Assembly: GCA_037440005.1 (NCBI GenBank)
Contig: JBBIUY010000018.1
Coordinates: 1-54,960 of the forward strand
Reading direction: 5' to 3'
DNA length: 54,960 bases
Source of the DNA: Armatimonadota bacterium
GTDB lineage: Bacteria > Sysuimicrobiota > Sysuimicrobiia > Sysuimicrobiales > Kaftiobacteriaceae
Part shown: positions 21,374-30,638 of the stretch, in pieces
How positions within the stretch are numbered: the stretch's first letter is position 1
Layout of the letters: every line of letters starts with the position of its first letter
Position numbers and translations under genes: made by a program
The notes under the pieces: model-generated
Databases searched by the model: none
What the model was told of the DNA's origin: nothing
The model's input: the letters and a program-made list of their open reading frames with translations, nothing else

Positions 21374-22956
21374 GGCGTCTGCACAGAGTCCCCGTCTCCG
21401 CCGAGCGGTACGAGGCGGCTCGCCGGGCTGTCCGGGGGGTCGCCGCCGCCGTGCGGCTCGTCCGCCTGTACTCGGTCGGCCACACGCTGGCAGTCCAGGC
21501 GCTGCGGTCCGCCGAACAGGACCTGCGGGCGTATCTGGCCTCCTACGGCCCCCTGGACGTGCGGGCGGCGCCCCGGGGAGTGGTCTTTGACTTCTCCGCG
21601 CAGGCCTGTGAGGACGACGTGCTGGAAGACCTCCGCCGGGCCCTGGACGCCGCCGGGGTGGACGGGCTGCGCTTTCTGCCCGACCTGACCGCCTCGGACC
21701 TGGAGGCGCTGGTGGACGCCCTGGCGCTCCCGCGGGCGGCCCTGGAGCGCGCCGGCGGCCTGGGCCGGCACCTGCTGGACCGCGGAGTCCGGGCGGTCGG
21801 GACGCTCCCCCCCGCGCCGGCCGCTCCGGATCCGCAGGAGGCGCTGCTGCGGGCGCTGCGGGACCACCCCGAGCAGGTGCCGGCCCGCCTGGCCGGGGCG
21901 GCCGGATCCGACCCGTCCGCGGCGGCCGAGGTGCTGCAGGCCGCGGATGCCGGGCTGGCCGCCTGGCCCCGCGCGGCCCGGGACCTGGCGCGGGCCCGCC
22001 TGGCCGAAGCCGTCCTGAGGCTGGACGAGCCCCTGCGCACGACTCTCTGCCGCCTGGTGGTGGACCGACTTTCCGACCCGTGGGCCGCGTCGGTGGCCAT
22101 CCACTGGCCCGCAGTTCTGGTGGAGGCGCTGTGCGGGCCGGACCTGTCGGGCCGCCTGCGGGCGCTGCACCGCGGCCCCGCGGAAGGCCCCCTCCCACAG
22201 GCGCCTCCCCCTGCGGACCCGGAGGCGGCCAGGGCGGCGCTGGAGTCGGCGGTCGGGCGGGTCCACGCGGTATCGCGTCTGGTGGAGGCCATGGCCTTTC
22301 TGGACGCCCCGCAGGTGTCCGAGGCGCTGGGTGCGGTGGAGGACGTCCTGCACGGCGCGGCTGCGGACGGGGATGCGGATGCGGTGGCGCGCATCCTGAT
22401 GGACCTGGACCGGCTGTCGCGGCGCCTGCCCGACGGCCGCGCCGACCAGGTGCGCCAGGCCCTGGGGCGCATGATGTCGGTGGATCTGCGGGAGACGTTG
22501 GCCGACCGGGCTGCCGAAATCTCCGGGGACCACCCGCTGCGCCGCCTGCTGGTCGCCGCCCCCGAGGCGATCCCGGTGCTGCTGGAACTGCTGGCCGACG
22601 AGGAGCGGCTGGCGGTGCGGCGGCGCCTGGTGTCCCTGCTGGCCGAGGCGGCGCGGGACCACCTGCCGGTCCTGGGCGAACACCTCGCGGACCCCCGGTG
22701 GTACGTGGCCCGCAACGTGGTCACGGCCCTCGCGTGGACGAAGGACCCCCGGGCGGTCCCGTACCTCAGGGCGGCGCTGCACCACGCCGACCCGCGAGTG
22801 CGGGCCGAGGGGCTGGCCGGGCTGGCCTCCCTGGCGACCCCGGAGGCCCGGCAGGCCCTGCAGGAAGCCGCCCGTCACCCTGATCCGGCGACGCGGGACG
22901 CCGCGGTCCGGTGGCTGCGCGCCCTGGGCGGAGGAGGAGATGCCCACACCGGCTGA
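21370..22956 (+). CDS. HEAT-repeat protein with unnamed N-terminal domain (start uncertain)
   Basis: C-terminal LADPRWYVARNVV...HADPRVRAE HEAT repeats. The first canonical in-frame start after valS is GTG 21451. Confidence 0.8.
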   Translation: MRRLHRVPVSAERYEAARRAVRGVAAAVRLVRLYSVGHTLAVQALRSAEQDLRAYLASYGPLDVRAAPRGVVFDFSAQACEDDVLEDLRRALDAAGVDGLRFLPDLTASDLEALVDALALPRAALERAGGLGRHLLDRGVRAVGTLPPAPAAPDPQEALLRALRDHPEQVPARLAGAAGSDPSAAAEVLQAADAGLAAWPRAARDLARARLAEAVLRLDEPLRTTLCRLVVDRLSDPWAASVAIHWPAVLVEALCGPDLSGRLRALHRGPAEGPLPQAPPPADPEAARAALESAVGRVHAVSRLVEAMAFLDAPQVSEALGAVEDVLHGAAADGDADAVARILMDLDRLSRRLPDGRADQVRQALGRMMSVDLRETLADRAAEISGDHPLRRLLVAAPEAIPVLLELLADEERLAVRRRLVSLLAEAARDHLPVLGEHLADPRWYVARNVVTALAWTKDPRAVPYLRAALHHADPRVRAEGLAGLASLATPEARQALQEAARHPDPATRDAAVRWLRALGGGGDAHTG

Positions 22957-24040
22957 CCTGGCCCAGGCGCTGTGGGCGGCCCTCCAGCACGCCCGCCACT
23001 ACCGGCCCGGCCATCCCGCATCCGAGCTGGCGGTCCGCCGGTGCGCCGCGGTCTTCCGAGAGGCCGCCCCCGTGCAGATCGTCGTGGAGCCGCGTCGGCT
23101 GGTGATCCGGGGGCAGCCCCTGGCGACCGACGACGCGGTGGCCGCCTCGCTGCGGGCCTACCTGGAGGCCCGCCGGGTCCCGGCGCTCGTCGTCGGCCCC
23201 GACGCCACCGATGCGTCGGTGGCGGCCCTGATCGGGGTCCTGGCCCGCGAACCCGAGGAGATCATCGCCGCCGGGGGTCTGCTCGAGGCGCTGCAGGAGG
23301 CGGGGGCGGCGGGAGTCCTCCTCCTTGAGCAGCCCTCGGCGCCTGCGGCAGCCCGCGACGCCTACGACGCCGCGGTGGAGACCGCCGCGGCGGTGGCCGC
23401 CGCAGTCGGGCGCGGCGATCCGGTGGACCTGCCGAAGGTCCGGGAGGCGGCGGCGGACGTGGTCCGGCTGGCCCGGGAGGACCCGCTGTCGCTGTGGGCG
23501 CGGGTGGCCGACAGAAGCCACGACGAGACAGACCCGGCCCACGCGGTCAACACCGCCGCGCTATCTGTCTTCGTGGCCCGCGCCCTGGGGGTGGCTGAAC
23601 CCGCCCTGACGGACCTGGCCGCCGCCGCGCTCGTGCACGACGTGGGCCTGGCCGTCCTGCCTCCTGCGCGGCGGCTGGCCGAGCGCACCGCGGCGGGCCC
23701 GGCCGCGTCCTGGACGCATCCCGCCCTGGGCGCCTTCCTGCTCCGCCGGCTGGCGGCGACCGACCCTGTGCTCCCGGTCGTGGCGGCCGAGCACCACCTG
23801 CCGGCCCTGGGCGGCGAGGCCTGCGCGCCGGCCTGCCTGGTCTCTCTGGCCGACTACGTGGACGCCCTGACCTGCGGGCGGGCGCCGGCCCACCGGGCGG
23901 CGGCCATGGGACCGCTGGTCGCCCGCCTGCTGGGCGGAGACGGCCCCGCCTTCGACCCGTCCCACGTGCGGGTCCTCGCCCGCCTGCTCTGCGAGGCGGC
24001 GTCGGCGGGCGTCCCCCTGGCCGCGCCCGACTCCCCCTGA
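22940..24040 (+). CDS. Degenerate HD-GYP-like protein
   Basis: HAVN, LVHDVG, HPALG, EHH, ADYVDALT and FDP motifs present; no GYP loop. Confidence 0.8.
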   Translation: MPTPADLAQALWAALQHARHYRPGHPASELAVRRCAAVFREAAPVQIVVEPRRLVIRGQPLATDDAVAASLRAYLEARRVPALVVGPDATDASVAALIGVLAREPEEIIAAGGLLEALQEAGAAGVLLLEQPSAPAAARDAYDAAVETAAAVAAAVGRGDPVDLPKVREAAADVVRLAREDPLSLWARVADRSHDETDPAHAVNTAALSVFVARALGVAEPALTDLAAAALVHDVGLAVLPPARRLAERTAAGPAASWTHPALGAFLLRRLAATDPVLPVVAAEHHLPALGGEACAPACLVSLADYVDALTCGRAPAHRAAAMGPLVARLLGGDGPAFDPSHVRVLARLLCEAASAGVPLAAPDSP

Positions 24041-24101
24041 GGTCTTCCGGGACCGGCGGCCGGGCACCTGGCCGGAAGGACCACGTGCGGGCGGGCCCCG
24101 G

Positions 24102-24145
24102 GGGACGAAGGGCCCATTGAGCCCCTGGGCGCCGGTGTCTACAAT
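24102..24145 (+). promoter_or_regulatory. pilB2 promoter with upstream 14-bp dyad box
   Basis: GGGACGAAGGGCCC-a-TTGAGC-N17-TACAAT. Confidence 0.7.
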
Positions 24146-24169
24146 GGGCCGGGTGAGGCGGAGCGTCCC

Positions 24170-25855
24170 GTGGCCAAAGTCCAGCGCAAGCGCATCGGCG
24201 ACATCCTGGTGGACACCGGGGTCATCACGCCCCAGCAGCTGGCCGCGGCGCTGGCCCAGCAGCGGCGCACCCGGGAACGCCTGGGCCGCATCCTCGTCGA
24301 GCAGGGCGCGGCCACCGAGCGGCAGATCGCCCAGGCCCTGGCGGCCCAGCTGGACCTGCCTCTGGTGACCCTGTCCGCGGTCCGCATCGACCCCGCCGCC
24401 GTCCGCCTGGTCCCCGAGGTCATCGCCCGCAAGCGCAAGGTCCTGCCCCTGCAGCTGGACGGCAGCCACCTGGTGGTGGCCATGGCCGACCCTCTGGACG
24501 TGTTCGCCCTGGACGACGTGGCCATCGCGGCCCGGCGGCCTGTCAAGCCCGTGGTGGCCGTGGAGTCGGAGGTGGAGGCGGCCATCGAGCGCGTCTACGG
24601 GATGGGCGCGGCGGCCCAGGCGGTCCTGGGCGGGGTGGAGGAGGAGGCTCCCGCGCCGGCCGCCGAGGAGGCCGAGGACGCGCCGGTGGTGCGGCTGGTC
24701 AACCTGATCCTCTCCCAGGCCGTGCGGGACCGGGCCAGCGACGTGCACCTGGAGCCCACCGACGGAGACGCCCGGGTGCGCTACCGGGTGGACGGGGTCC
24801 TGCAGACGGTGATGACGGTGCCCCGGTCGGTCTACCCGGCGCTGGTGTCCCGGGTGAAGGTCCTGGCCCGGATGAACATCGCCGAGCGCCGGCTGCCCCA
24901 GGACGGCGCCTTCGACACGACCCTGGACGCCCGCCGTATCGACGTCCGCGTGTCCACGGTGCCCACGGTGCACGGGGAGCGGGTGGCCCTGCGGCTGCTG
25001 GACCGCAGCCAGGGGGTGCTGCCCCTGGACCAGCTGGGGATGGACGCCCGCACCCGCCGGCGGTACGAGGGGCTGATCCGCCAGCCCTTCGGGATCCTCT
25101 TGGTGAGCGGGCCCACCGGCAGCGGCAAGACCACCACCCTGGTCAGCACCCTGGCCCAGCTCAACTCGGCGGACAAGAACATCATCACCATCGAAGACCC
25201 GGTGGAGTACCAGCTGCCCGGCGTCAGCCACATCCAGGTGAACCCTCGGGCCGGGCTCACCTTCGCCTCGGGGCTGCGGTCCATCGTGCGCCAGGACCCG
25301 GACATCATCATGATCGGCGAGATTCGCGACGTGGAGACGGCCGAGATCGCCATCCACGCGGCGCTGACCGGCCACCTGGTGCTGACCACCATCCACACCA
25401 ACGACGCCCCCTCCGCCCTGACCCGCCTGGCGGACATGGGCATCGAGCCGTACCTGATCGCCTCGGCGGTCATCGGGGTGGCCTCCCAGCGGCTGGTCCG
25501 GCTGCTGTGCCCCCAGTGCAAGCAGCCGGCGCCCATCCCCAAGGACCTGGTGGCGTGGCTGGCGGGCGTGGTGCGGGAGCCGCTGCCGCCGCCCGAGTTC
25601 GCCCGGCCCGTGGGGTGCGCCGCCTGCCGTCACACCGGCTACCTGGGGCGCACCGGCATCTTCGAAGTGCTGGTGATGACCGACGCCGTGCGCCGGCGGG
25701 TCCTGGACCGGGCCTCGGCCGCCGACATCGGCGCGGCGGCGGGGGCCGAGGGCATGATCCCCATGCGCGCCGACGGCATGCTGAAGGCCCTGCGGGGGCT
25801 CACCACCGCGGAGGAGGTCCTGCGGGTGACCCGGGTGGAGGAACCGGCCCTCTGA
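24170..25855 (+). CDS. pilB: PilB/GspE extension ATPase, copy 2, with MshEN domain
   Basis: RIGDILVDTG...RLGRILVEQG, ERRLPQDG, GPTGSGKTT, RQDPD, four Cys. Confidence 0.92.
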   Translation: MAKVQRKRIGDILVDTGVITPQQLAAALAQQRRTRERLGRILVEQGAATERQIAQALAAQLDLPLVTLSAVRIDPAAVRLVPEVIARKRKVLPLQLDGSHLVVAMADPLDVFALDDVAIAARRPVKPVVAVESEVEAAIERVYGMGAAAQAVLGGVEEEAPAPAAEEAEDAPVVRLVNLILSQAVRDRASDVHLEPTDGDARVRYRVDGVLQTVMTVPRSVYPALVSRVKVLARMNIAERRLPQDGAFDTTLDARRIDVRVSTVPTVHGERVALRLLDRSQGVLPLDQLGMDARTRRRYEGLIRQPFGILLVSGPTGSGKTTTLVSTLAQLNSADKNIITIEDPVEYQLPGVSHIQVNPRAGLTFASGLRSIVRQDPDIIMIGEIRDVETAEIAIHAALTGHLVLTTIHTNDAPSALTRLADMGIEPYLIASAVIGVASQRLVRLLCPQCKQPAPIPKDLVAWLAGVVREPLPPPEFARPVGCAACRHTGYLGRTGIFEVLVMTDAVRRRVLDRASAADIGAAAGAEGMIPMRADGMLKALRGLTTAEEVLRVTRVEEPAL

Positions 25856-25897
25856 CCGGACCCCGCCCGAGGGCCCGGCGTTGCCGCCGCGCGCCCG

Positions 25898-26272
25898 TCA
25901 GGCGGCTCCGGCGGCCCGCCGGACGGCCGCGATGATCTCCGCGACCGGCTGGTCTTTCACCAGCAGCCCCTGCAGCCCCTCGCGGACCACCCGGTCGGGG
26001 TCCAGGGCGCCGGGAAAGGCGGTGAGGATGAACACCTTGGTCCCGGGCAGTTCCCGCAGGATGGCCCGGGCCGCCGTGTAGCCGTCCACCCCGGTCATGC
26101 GGAAGTCGATGAGGATCACGTCCGGCCGCAGTTCCCGGGCGCGGGAGAGGGCCTCGCCGCCGTCGCCCGCCTCGCCCACCACCTCCAGGTCCGGCTGGGT
26201 CCCCAGCGCCCGGGCCATCCGCTGCCGGTAGGACGGGTTGTCGTCGACGAGCATCACCCGGATCGTGCGCAC
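25898..26272 (-). CDS. Stand-alone receiver-domain response regulator
   Basis: VDD, PDVILID, T and K conserved; no output domain. Confidence 0.88.
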   Translation of the reverse strand: MRTIRVMLVDDNPSYRQRMARALGTQPDLEVVGEAGDGGEALSRARELRPDVILIDFRMTGVDGYTAARAILRELPGTKVFILTAFPGALDPDRVVREGLQGLLVKDQPVAEIIAAVRRAAGAA

Positions 26273-26296
26273 CCGACGCCTCCCGCAGGCACACTC

Positions 26297-26340
26297 ACTG
26301 TACGGCCGACCTTCGACGGGGTAAATCGGACAAAGGTACC
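26297..26340 (-). promoter_or_regulatory. Promoter of stand-alone receiver with upstream 14-bp box
   Basis: Minus strand GGTACCTTTGTCCG-a-TTTACC-N17-TACAGT. Confidence 0.65.
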
Positions 26341-26353
26341 ACCCGCAGGCGGG

Positions 26354-27019
26354 CTACGGGTCCGGAGGCGGCACCAGGCCGCGGCGCAGGGCGTACACGG
26401 CGGCCTGGGTGCGGCTGTTCACGTGGAGCTTCTCCATGATGTTGCTCAGGTGGTTCTTGACGGTGCGCTCGCTGATGGACAGGCGCCGGGCGATCTCCTT
26501 GTTGGCCAGCCCGGCCGCCACGTGCTGCAGGATCTCCACCTCCCGCGGGGTGAGGGGGAGGTGGACGTCCGCCAGGTCGGCTCTCTCCCGGGTGCGGGCG
26601 AACTCGCGCATGACCTTGGCCGCCATGGTGGGCGCCAGCAAACCCTCCCCGCCGTGGACGACCCGGATGGCGCGGATCAGGTCGTCGGGGGTGCAGTCTT
26701 TGAGCAGGTAGCCCATGGCGCCGGCCTTGATGGCCTCGAAGAGGTACTCCTCGTCGGCGTGCACCGTGAGCATGATGATGCCGGTGCGGGGGCTGCGGCT
26801 CTTGATCATCCGGGCGGCGTCGATGCCCGACAGCCCGGGCATCGCCACGTCCAGCAGGACCACGTCCGGGGCCAGGTCCTCCACCAGGCGGACCGTCTGC
26901 TCCCCGGTCTCGGCCTCGCCCACCACCTCCACGTCCCCGCAGGACTCCAGCAGCCGCCGCACCCCCTGCCGGAACAGGGCGTGGTCGTCCGCCAGCAGGA
27001 CCCGCACGGGAGCGTCCAT
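26354..27019 (-). CDS. NarL/LuxR-family response regulator
   Basis: REC domain plus LTPREVEIL...NKEIA...TVKNH HTH. Confidence 0.95.
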   Translation of the reverse strand: MDAPVRVLLADDHALFRQGVRRLLESCGDVEVVGEAETGEQTVRLVEDLAPDVVLLDVAMPGLSGIDAARMIKSRSPRTGIIMLTVHADEEYLFEAIKAGAMGYLLKDCTPDDLIRAIRVVHGGEGLLAPTMAAKVMREFARTRERADLADVHLPLTPREVEILQHVAAGLANKEIARRLSISERTVKNHLSNIMEKLHVNSRTQAAVYALRRGLVPPPDP

Positions 27020-27022
27020 CGG

Positions 27023-29092
27023 TCACCTCCCCAGCGGAACCCGCACCGTCACCGTGGTGCCCCGGCCGGGCGCGCTGTCCACCTCCAGCCTCCCGCCCAC
27101 CAGCGCCGCCCGTTCCTCCATGGAGACCAGCCCCAGGTGGCGCCGCCCGGGCGGCTGGGCCCGGTAGGCGGCCACGTCGAATCCGACGCCGTTGTCCGCC
27201 ACGGCGGCGGTGCAGCCGTCCTCGTCCACCCGGGCCCGGATGTGGACGGCGGTGGCCCGGGCGTGGGTCCGCACGTTGGTGAGGGCCTGGCGGACGATGG
27301 CCAGGACGGCGTGGCGCACCGCCGACGGCAGCCGTGCGGCGTCGCCGGTGACCTCCACGGTGGTGGCCACTCCCGTCTGCCGCTGGAAGTCCCGCCCCAG
27401 GGCCTCCAGGGCGGCCGGGAGCTCGCTCCCCACGTCGGGCTGCCGGCGCAACTCCGACATGAACTCCCGCAGCTCCCGCATCCCCCTCTCCAGCAGGCCC
27501 CGCAGGTCCTTCAGGTCGCCGGACGCGCGGGACGGGTCGGCGGGGGCGGCCAGGGCCACCAGGTCCGTCTGCAGCAGGGCGTCGGCCAGGGTCTGGGCCA
27601 GGCCGTCGTGGAGCTCCCGGGCGATGCGGCGGCGCTCTTCCGTGATGCCGATATCGGCGATACGGTGGGCGGTGCGGACCATCTGCACGGCCGCGGCCAC
27701 CTGGGCCGCCACGGCCTCCAGGCGGTCGGCGGGCACCGGGCTGTCCGCAGCGAGGCCGAAGGCCACCGCCCCGATGGTCTTGCCGTCCACGGTGAGGGGC
27801 ACGCAGGTGGCACGGTCCTGCTCCTGCCCTCCGGCCGGGCCGACGGTGTGCACCCGCCCGTGGGTGCTGGCCGCCAGCAGCCCGGGCAGCAGGCCGAGCG
27901 CCGCCTGCCCGGCGATGCCGCGGCTGGCCACCACGTCCACCATACCGGTGTCTTCCCGCTCCAGGGCCAGGACGGCGTACCGCGCCGAGGTCAGTGCCCG
28001 CGCCCGGTCCAGCAGGGCCGGCCAGAGGACCGACGGGTCCCGGGTCAGCGACCGGCCCACGTCGGTGATGCCGGCCGCCACCTCCGCCAGCGCCGCTGCC
28101 AGCTCGCGCTCGGCGCGGGCGCGGATCAGGACCGGGACGACGGCCCGGGCCAGCAGGTCGGCGGCCTTTAGGTCGTCCAGGGTGAACTGCGGGCGTGAGG
28201 CCCTCCGGTTGAGGTTCAGCACGCCCAGGGGACCGGAGCCGGCGGTCAGCGGCACGCACAGGGAGGAGCCCAGCTCCTGGCGGGTGAGCGGCACGGGCGT
28301 GGACGTCCCGGGCGTGAGCAGGACCGGCCGGCCCTCCCGGGCCACCCACCCGGCGACGCCCTCGCCCAGCCGCGGCCGCGCTCCCTGGTAGGCGTCCGCA
28401 AGGCCCCGGGCGGCCAGGATCTCCAGCCGTTCCTCGCGATCCAGGTAGACCATCAGCGACCCGCTGTCGGCGCCCAGCAGAGCGACCATCTCCTCCAGGA
28501 CCGCCTCCGCCGCGGCCTGGGCGGGCCCCGGAAAGACCGCCCGGGCGGACAGGGACCTGAGGGCAGCCTCCGCGGCGGCACGCCGGCCGCTGCGGGCGCC
28601 GGCGGCGGCCGCGGCCCCTCCGGTACCCAGAAGCGCCAGAAAGGCCGCCACCCACCCGGCGGCGGAGGAGGGTGGGAACATCGCGCCGCCCAGGGGAGGG
28701 GACGCCGCCGCTCCCACCACCACCGCCGCAGCCAGCGCTCCCCGATAGCCCAGCAGGACCCCGGCCGAGGCCACCACCGCAAATCCCAGGAAGAAAAACC
28801 CCTGGGGCCGCGCGGCCAGCAGCAGCCCGGCGGCCACGGCCGCGGCGTCCAGGCCGATCCCGACCCGGGCGATATCGGTCGCCCGGGTGGGCAGGCGCCA
28901 GGCCCACAGCGCCAGGGCGAGGGCGTAGGCCGCCATGGCCACGAACAGCGCCGGCGGCGTCCGGGGTCCCCCGACGGCCACGTCGTGGGCCACGAGCAGC
29001 GCCAGCGCCAGCCACCGCAGGGACAGGGTGGCGTGGGCGAAGTCAGCGTGGTCGTCCACCGATCCGGCGGGTACAGTGGGTGCGCCGGCCAT
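27023..29092 (-). CDS. Membrane GAF-containing HisKA_3 sensor histidine kinase
   Basis: TM region, two GAF-like domains, ERRRIARELHD, DNGVGF, HLGL.SM.ER. Confidence 0.93.
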   Translation of the reverse strand: MAGAPTVPAGSVDDHADFAHATLSLRWLALALLVAHDVAVGGPRTPPALFVAMAAYALALALWAWRLPTRATDIARVGIGLDAAAVAAGLLLAARPQGFFFLGFAVVASAGVLLGYRGALAAAVVVGAAASPPLGGAMFPPSSAAGWVAAFLALLGTGGAAAAAGARSGRRAAAEAALRSLSARAVFPGPAQAAAEAVLEEMVALLGADSGSLMVYLDREERLEILAARGLADAYQGARPRLGEGVAGWVAREGRPVLLTPGTSTPVPLTRQELGSSLCVPLTAGSGPLGVLNLNRRASRPQFTLDDLKAADLLARAVVPVLIRARAERELAAALAEVAAGITDVGRSLTRDPSVLWPALLDRARALTSARYAVLALEREDTGMVDVVASRGIAGQAALGLLPGLLAASTHGRVHTVGPAGGQEQDRATCVPLTVDGKTIGAVAFGLAADSPVPADRLEAVAAQVAAAVQMVRTAHRIADIGITEERRRIARELHDGLAQTLADALLQTDLVALAAPADPSRASGDLKDLRGLLERGMRELREFMSELRRQPDVGSELPAALEALGRDFQRQTGVATTVEVTGDAARLPSAVRHAVLAIVRQALTNVRTHARATAVHIRARVDEDGCTAAVADNGVGFDVAAYRAQPPGRRHLGLVSMEERAALVGGRLEVDSAPGRGTTVTVRVPLGR

Positions 29093-29157
29093 CGCGGCTC
29101 ACACTTCGTACATGCCCGCCCCGACCCCTGTCGGACCGCCCGGGCGGACCGGGAGGT

Positions 29158-29201
29158 GAGACCTTCGTCCGGTTGCCGGCCGTCCGGGCGGCTGGTACAC
29201 T
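29158..29201 (+). promoter_or_regulatory. pilC promoter with upstream 14-bp box
   Basis: GAGACCTTCGTCCG-g-TTGCCG-N17-TACACT with an extended TG. Confidence 0.7.
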
Positions 29202-29242
29202 GGCGCCGCCCGGGCGGCCGGCTCGGGGCACAGGAGGGCGGG

Positions 29243-30457
29243 ATGGCGCGCTACGTGTACCGGGCCTGGGACCAGGCCGGCCGGCTGGCGACCGGGGTCC
29301 TGGACGCCGACAGTCCCCGTGCCGCCGCAGCCCTCCTGCAGGCCCGCGGGTATCTGGTCACCTCCTTGCAGGAGCAGGAGGCGGTGTCCCCGGCCGCCCG
29401 CCCGATCCGCCGGCCGGGCCGGATCGGGCGGGCCGAGCTGGTCCTGTTCACCCGCCAGCTCGCCACCATGATCTCCGCCGGCCTGCCCATCGTGGCGGCC
29501 CTGAGGGTGCTGGAAGACCAGACCCTCCACCGCCGGTTCCGGGAGATCATCGCCGCCGTGCGGACCGGCATCGAGCGGGGCGGCAGCCTCTCCGGGGAGA
29601 TCGCCCGCTATCCGGAGGTCTTCTTCGAGTTCTACGTGAACAGCGTCCGGTCCGGCGAGGTCAGCGGCGTGCTGGACACCTCCCTGAACTACCTGGCCGA
29701 CTACCTGGAAAAGGAGTACGACCTGGTCCAGCGGGTGCGCACCGCGGCCACGTACCCGCTGGTGGTCCTGGCCTTCACCCTGCTGGTGGCCGGGGCCGCG
29801 GTCCTGTTCATCGTGCCCGTCTTCGTCCAGATCTTCGCCTCCTTCAAAGTCCCCCTGCCCCTGCTCACCCGCGTCCTGGTCGCGGCCAGCGCCCTGGTCC
29901 GGGCGTACTGGTGGGCGGGCGGGGGGGCCCTGGCGGTGGCGGCGGCGGGGGGCGCGGCCCTGCGCCGCTCGGCAGCCGGCCGGGAAGCCCTCGACGCCCT
30001 GCTGCTTCGGCTGCCGGTGGCAGGGCCGATGGTGTACCGGCTGGCGCTGGCGCGCTTCGGCAGGGCCATGGCCGTGGTAATCCGCAGCGGCATCCCCCTA
30101 CTGGAGGGCCTGGCGGTGGTGGCCACGGCCCTGGGCAACCGGGTCGTCGGGCGCCAGTTCGAAGCCGCCCGGGAAGGGATGCGGGCCGGCCAGTCCATGG
30201 CCGAGGCCCTGCGCCGCCAGCCCCTGATCCCCCCGATGGTCGTGCAGATGGTGCGGGTGGGGGAGGAGACCGGGGCGATGGAGGACGTGCTCAACAAGCT
30301 GGCCGAGTTCTACGAGCGCGAGGTGGACAACTCGGTCAAGCGGTTCGCGTCGGTCATCGAGCCTGTGCTGATCGTCTGCGTGGGCGCGGTGGTGGCCGTG
30401 GTGGCCCTGGCGGTTCTGCTGCCCATCTGGACGCTGATCGCCACCCTGCCGCGCTGA
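29243..30457 (+). CDS. pilC: Type IV pilus platform protein PilC/GspF
   Basis: FTRQLATMISAG, GEVSGVLD, YP, VGEETG and IEP motifs. Confidence 0.95.
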   Translation: MARYVYRAWDQAGRLATGVLDADSPRAAAALLQARGYLVTSLQEQEAVSPAARPIRRPGRIGRAELVLFTRQLATMISAGLPIVAALRVLEDQTLHRRFREIIAAVRTGIERGGSLSGEIARYPEVFFEFYVNSVRSGEVSGVLDTSLNYLADYLEKEYDLVQRVRTAATYPLVVLAFTLLVAGAAVLFIVPVFVQIFASFKVPLPLLTRVLVAASALVRAYWWAGGGALAVAAAGGAALRRSAAGREALDALLLRLPVAGPMVYRLALARFGRAMAVVIRSGIPLLEGLAVVATALGNRVVGRQFEAAREGMRAGQSMAEALRRQPLIPPMVVQMVRVGEETGAMEDVLNKLAEFYEREVDNSVKRFASVIEPVLIVCVGAVVAVVALAVLLPIWTLIATLPR

Positions 30458-30590
30458 AGCGCGGTAACGGGGTGCCTCCCGTCTCCTGGGCCGTTTGTCC
30501 CATGGGGTCCGCCCGAACGTCCCATTGTTCGGGCACGGGGAATGCCCTCACCATGGGGGCGGAAACCGCGCCCCGGCCGCCCCTGCCTGG

Positions 30591-30606
30591 CGGCACGGCG
30601 CGTGCT
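30591..30606 (+). promoter_or_regulatory. Putative sigma54 promoter of pilA
   Basis: CGGCACGGCGCGTGCT has GG-N10-GC with a GGCACG core, about 33 nt before the ATG. Confidence 0.65.
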
Positions 30607-30638
30607 TCCAGGACGAATGCGTCAAGGGGGAGACGGAC

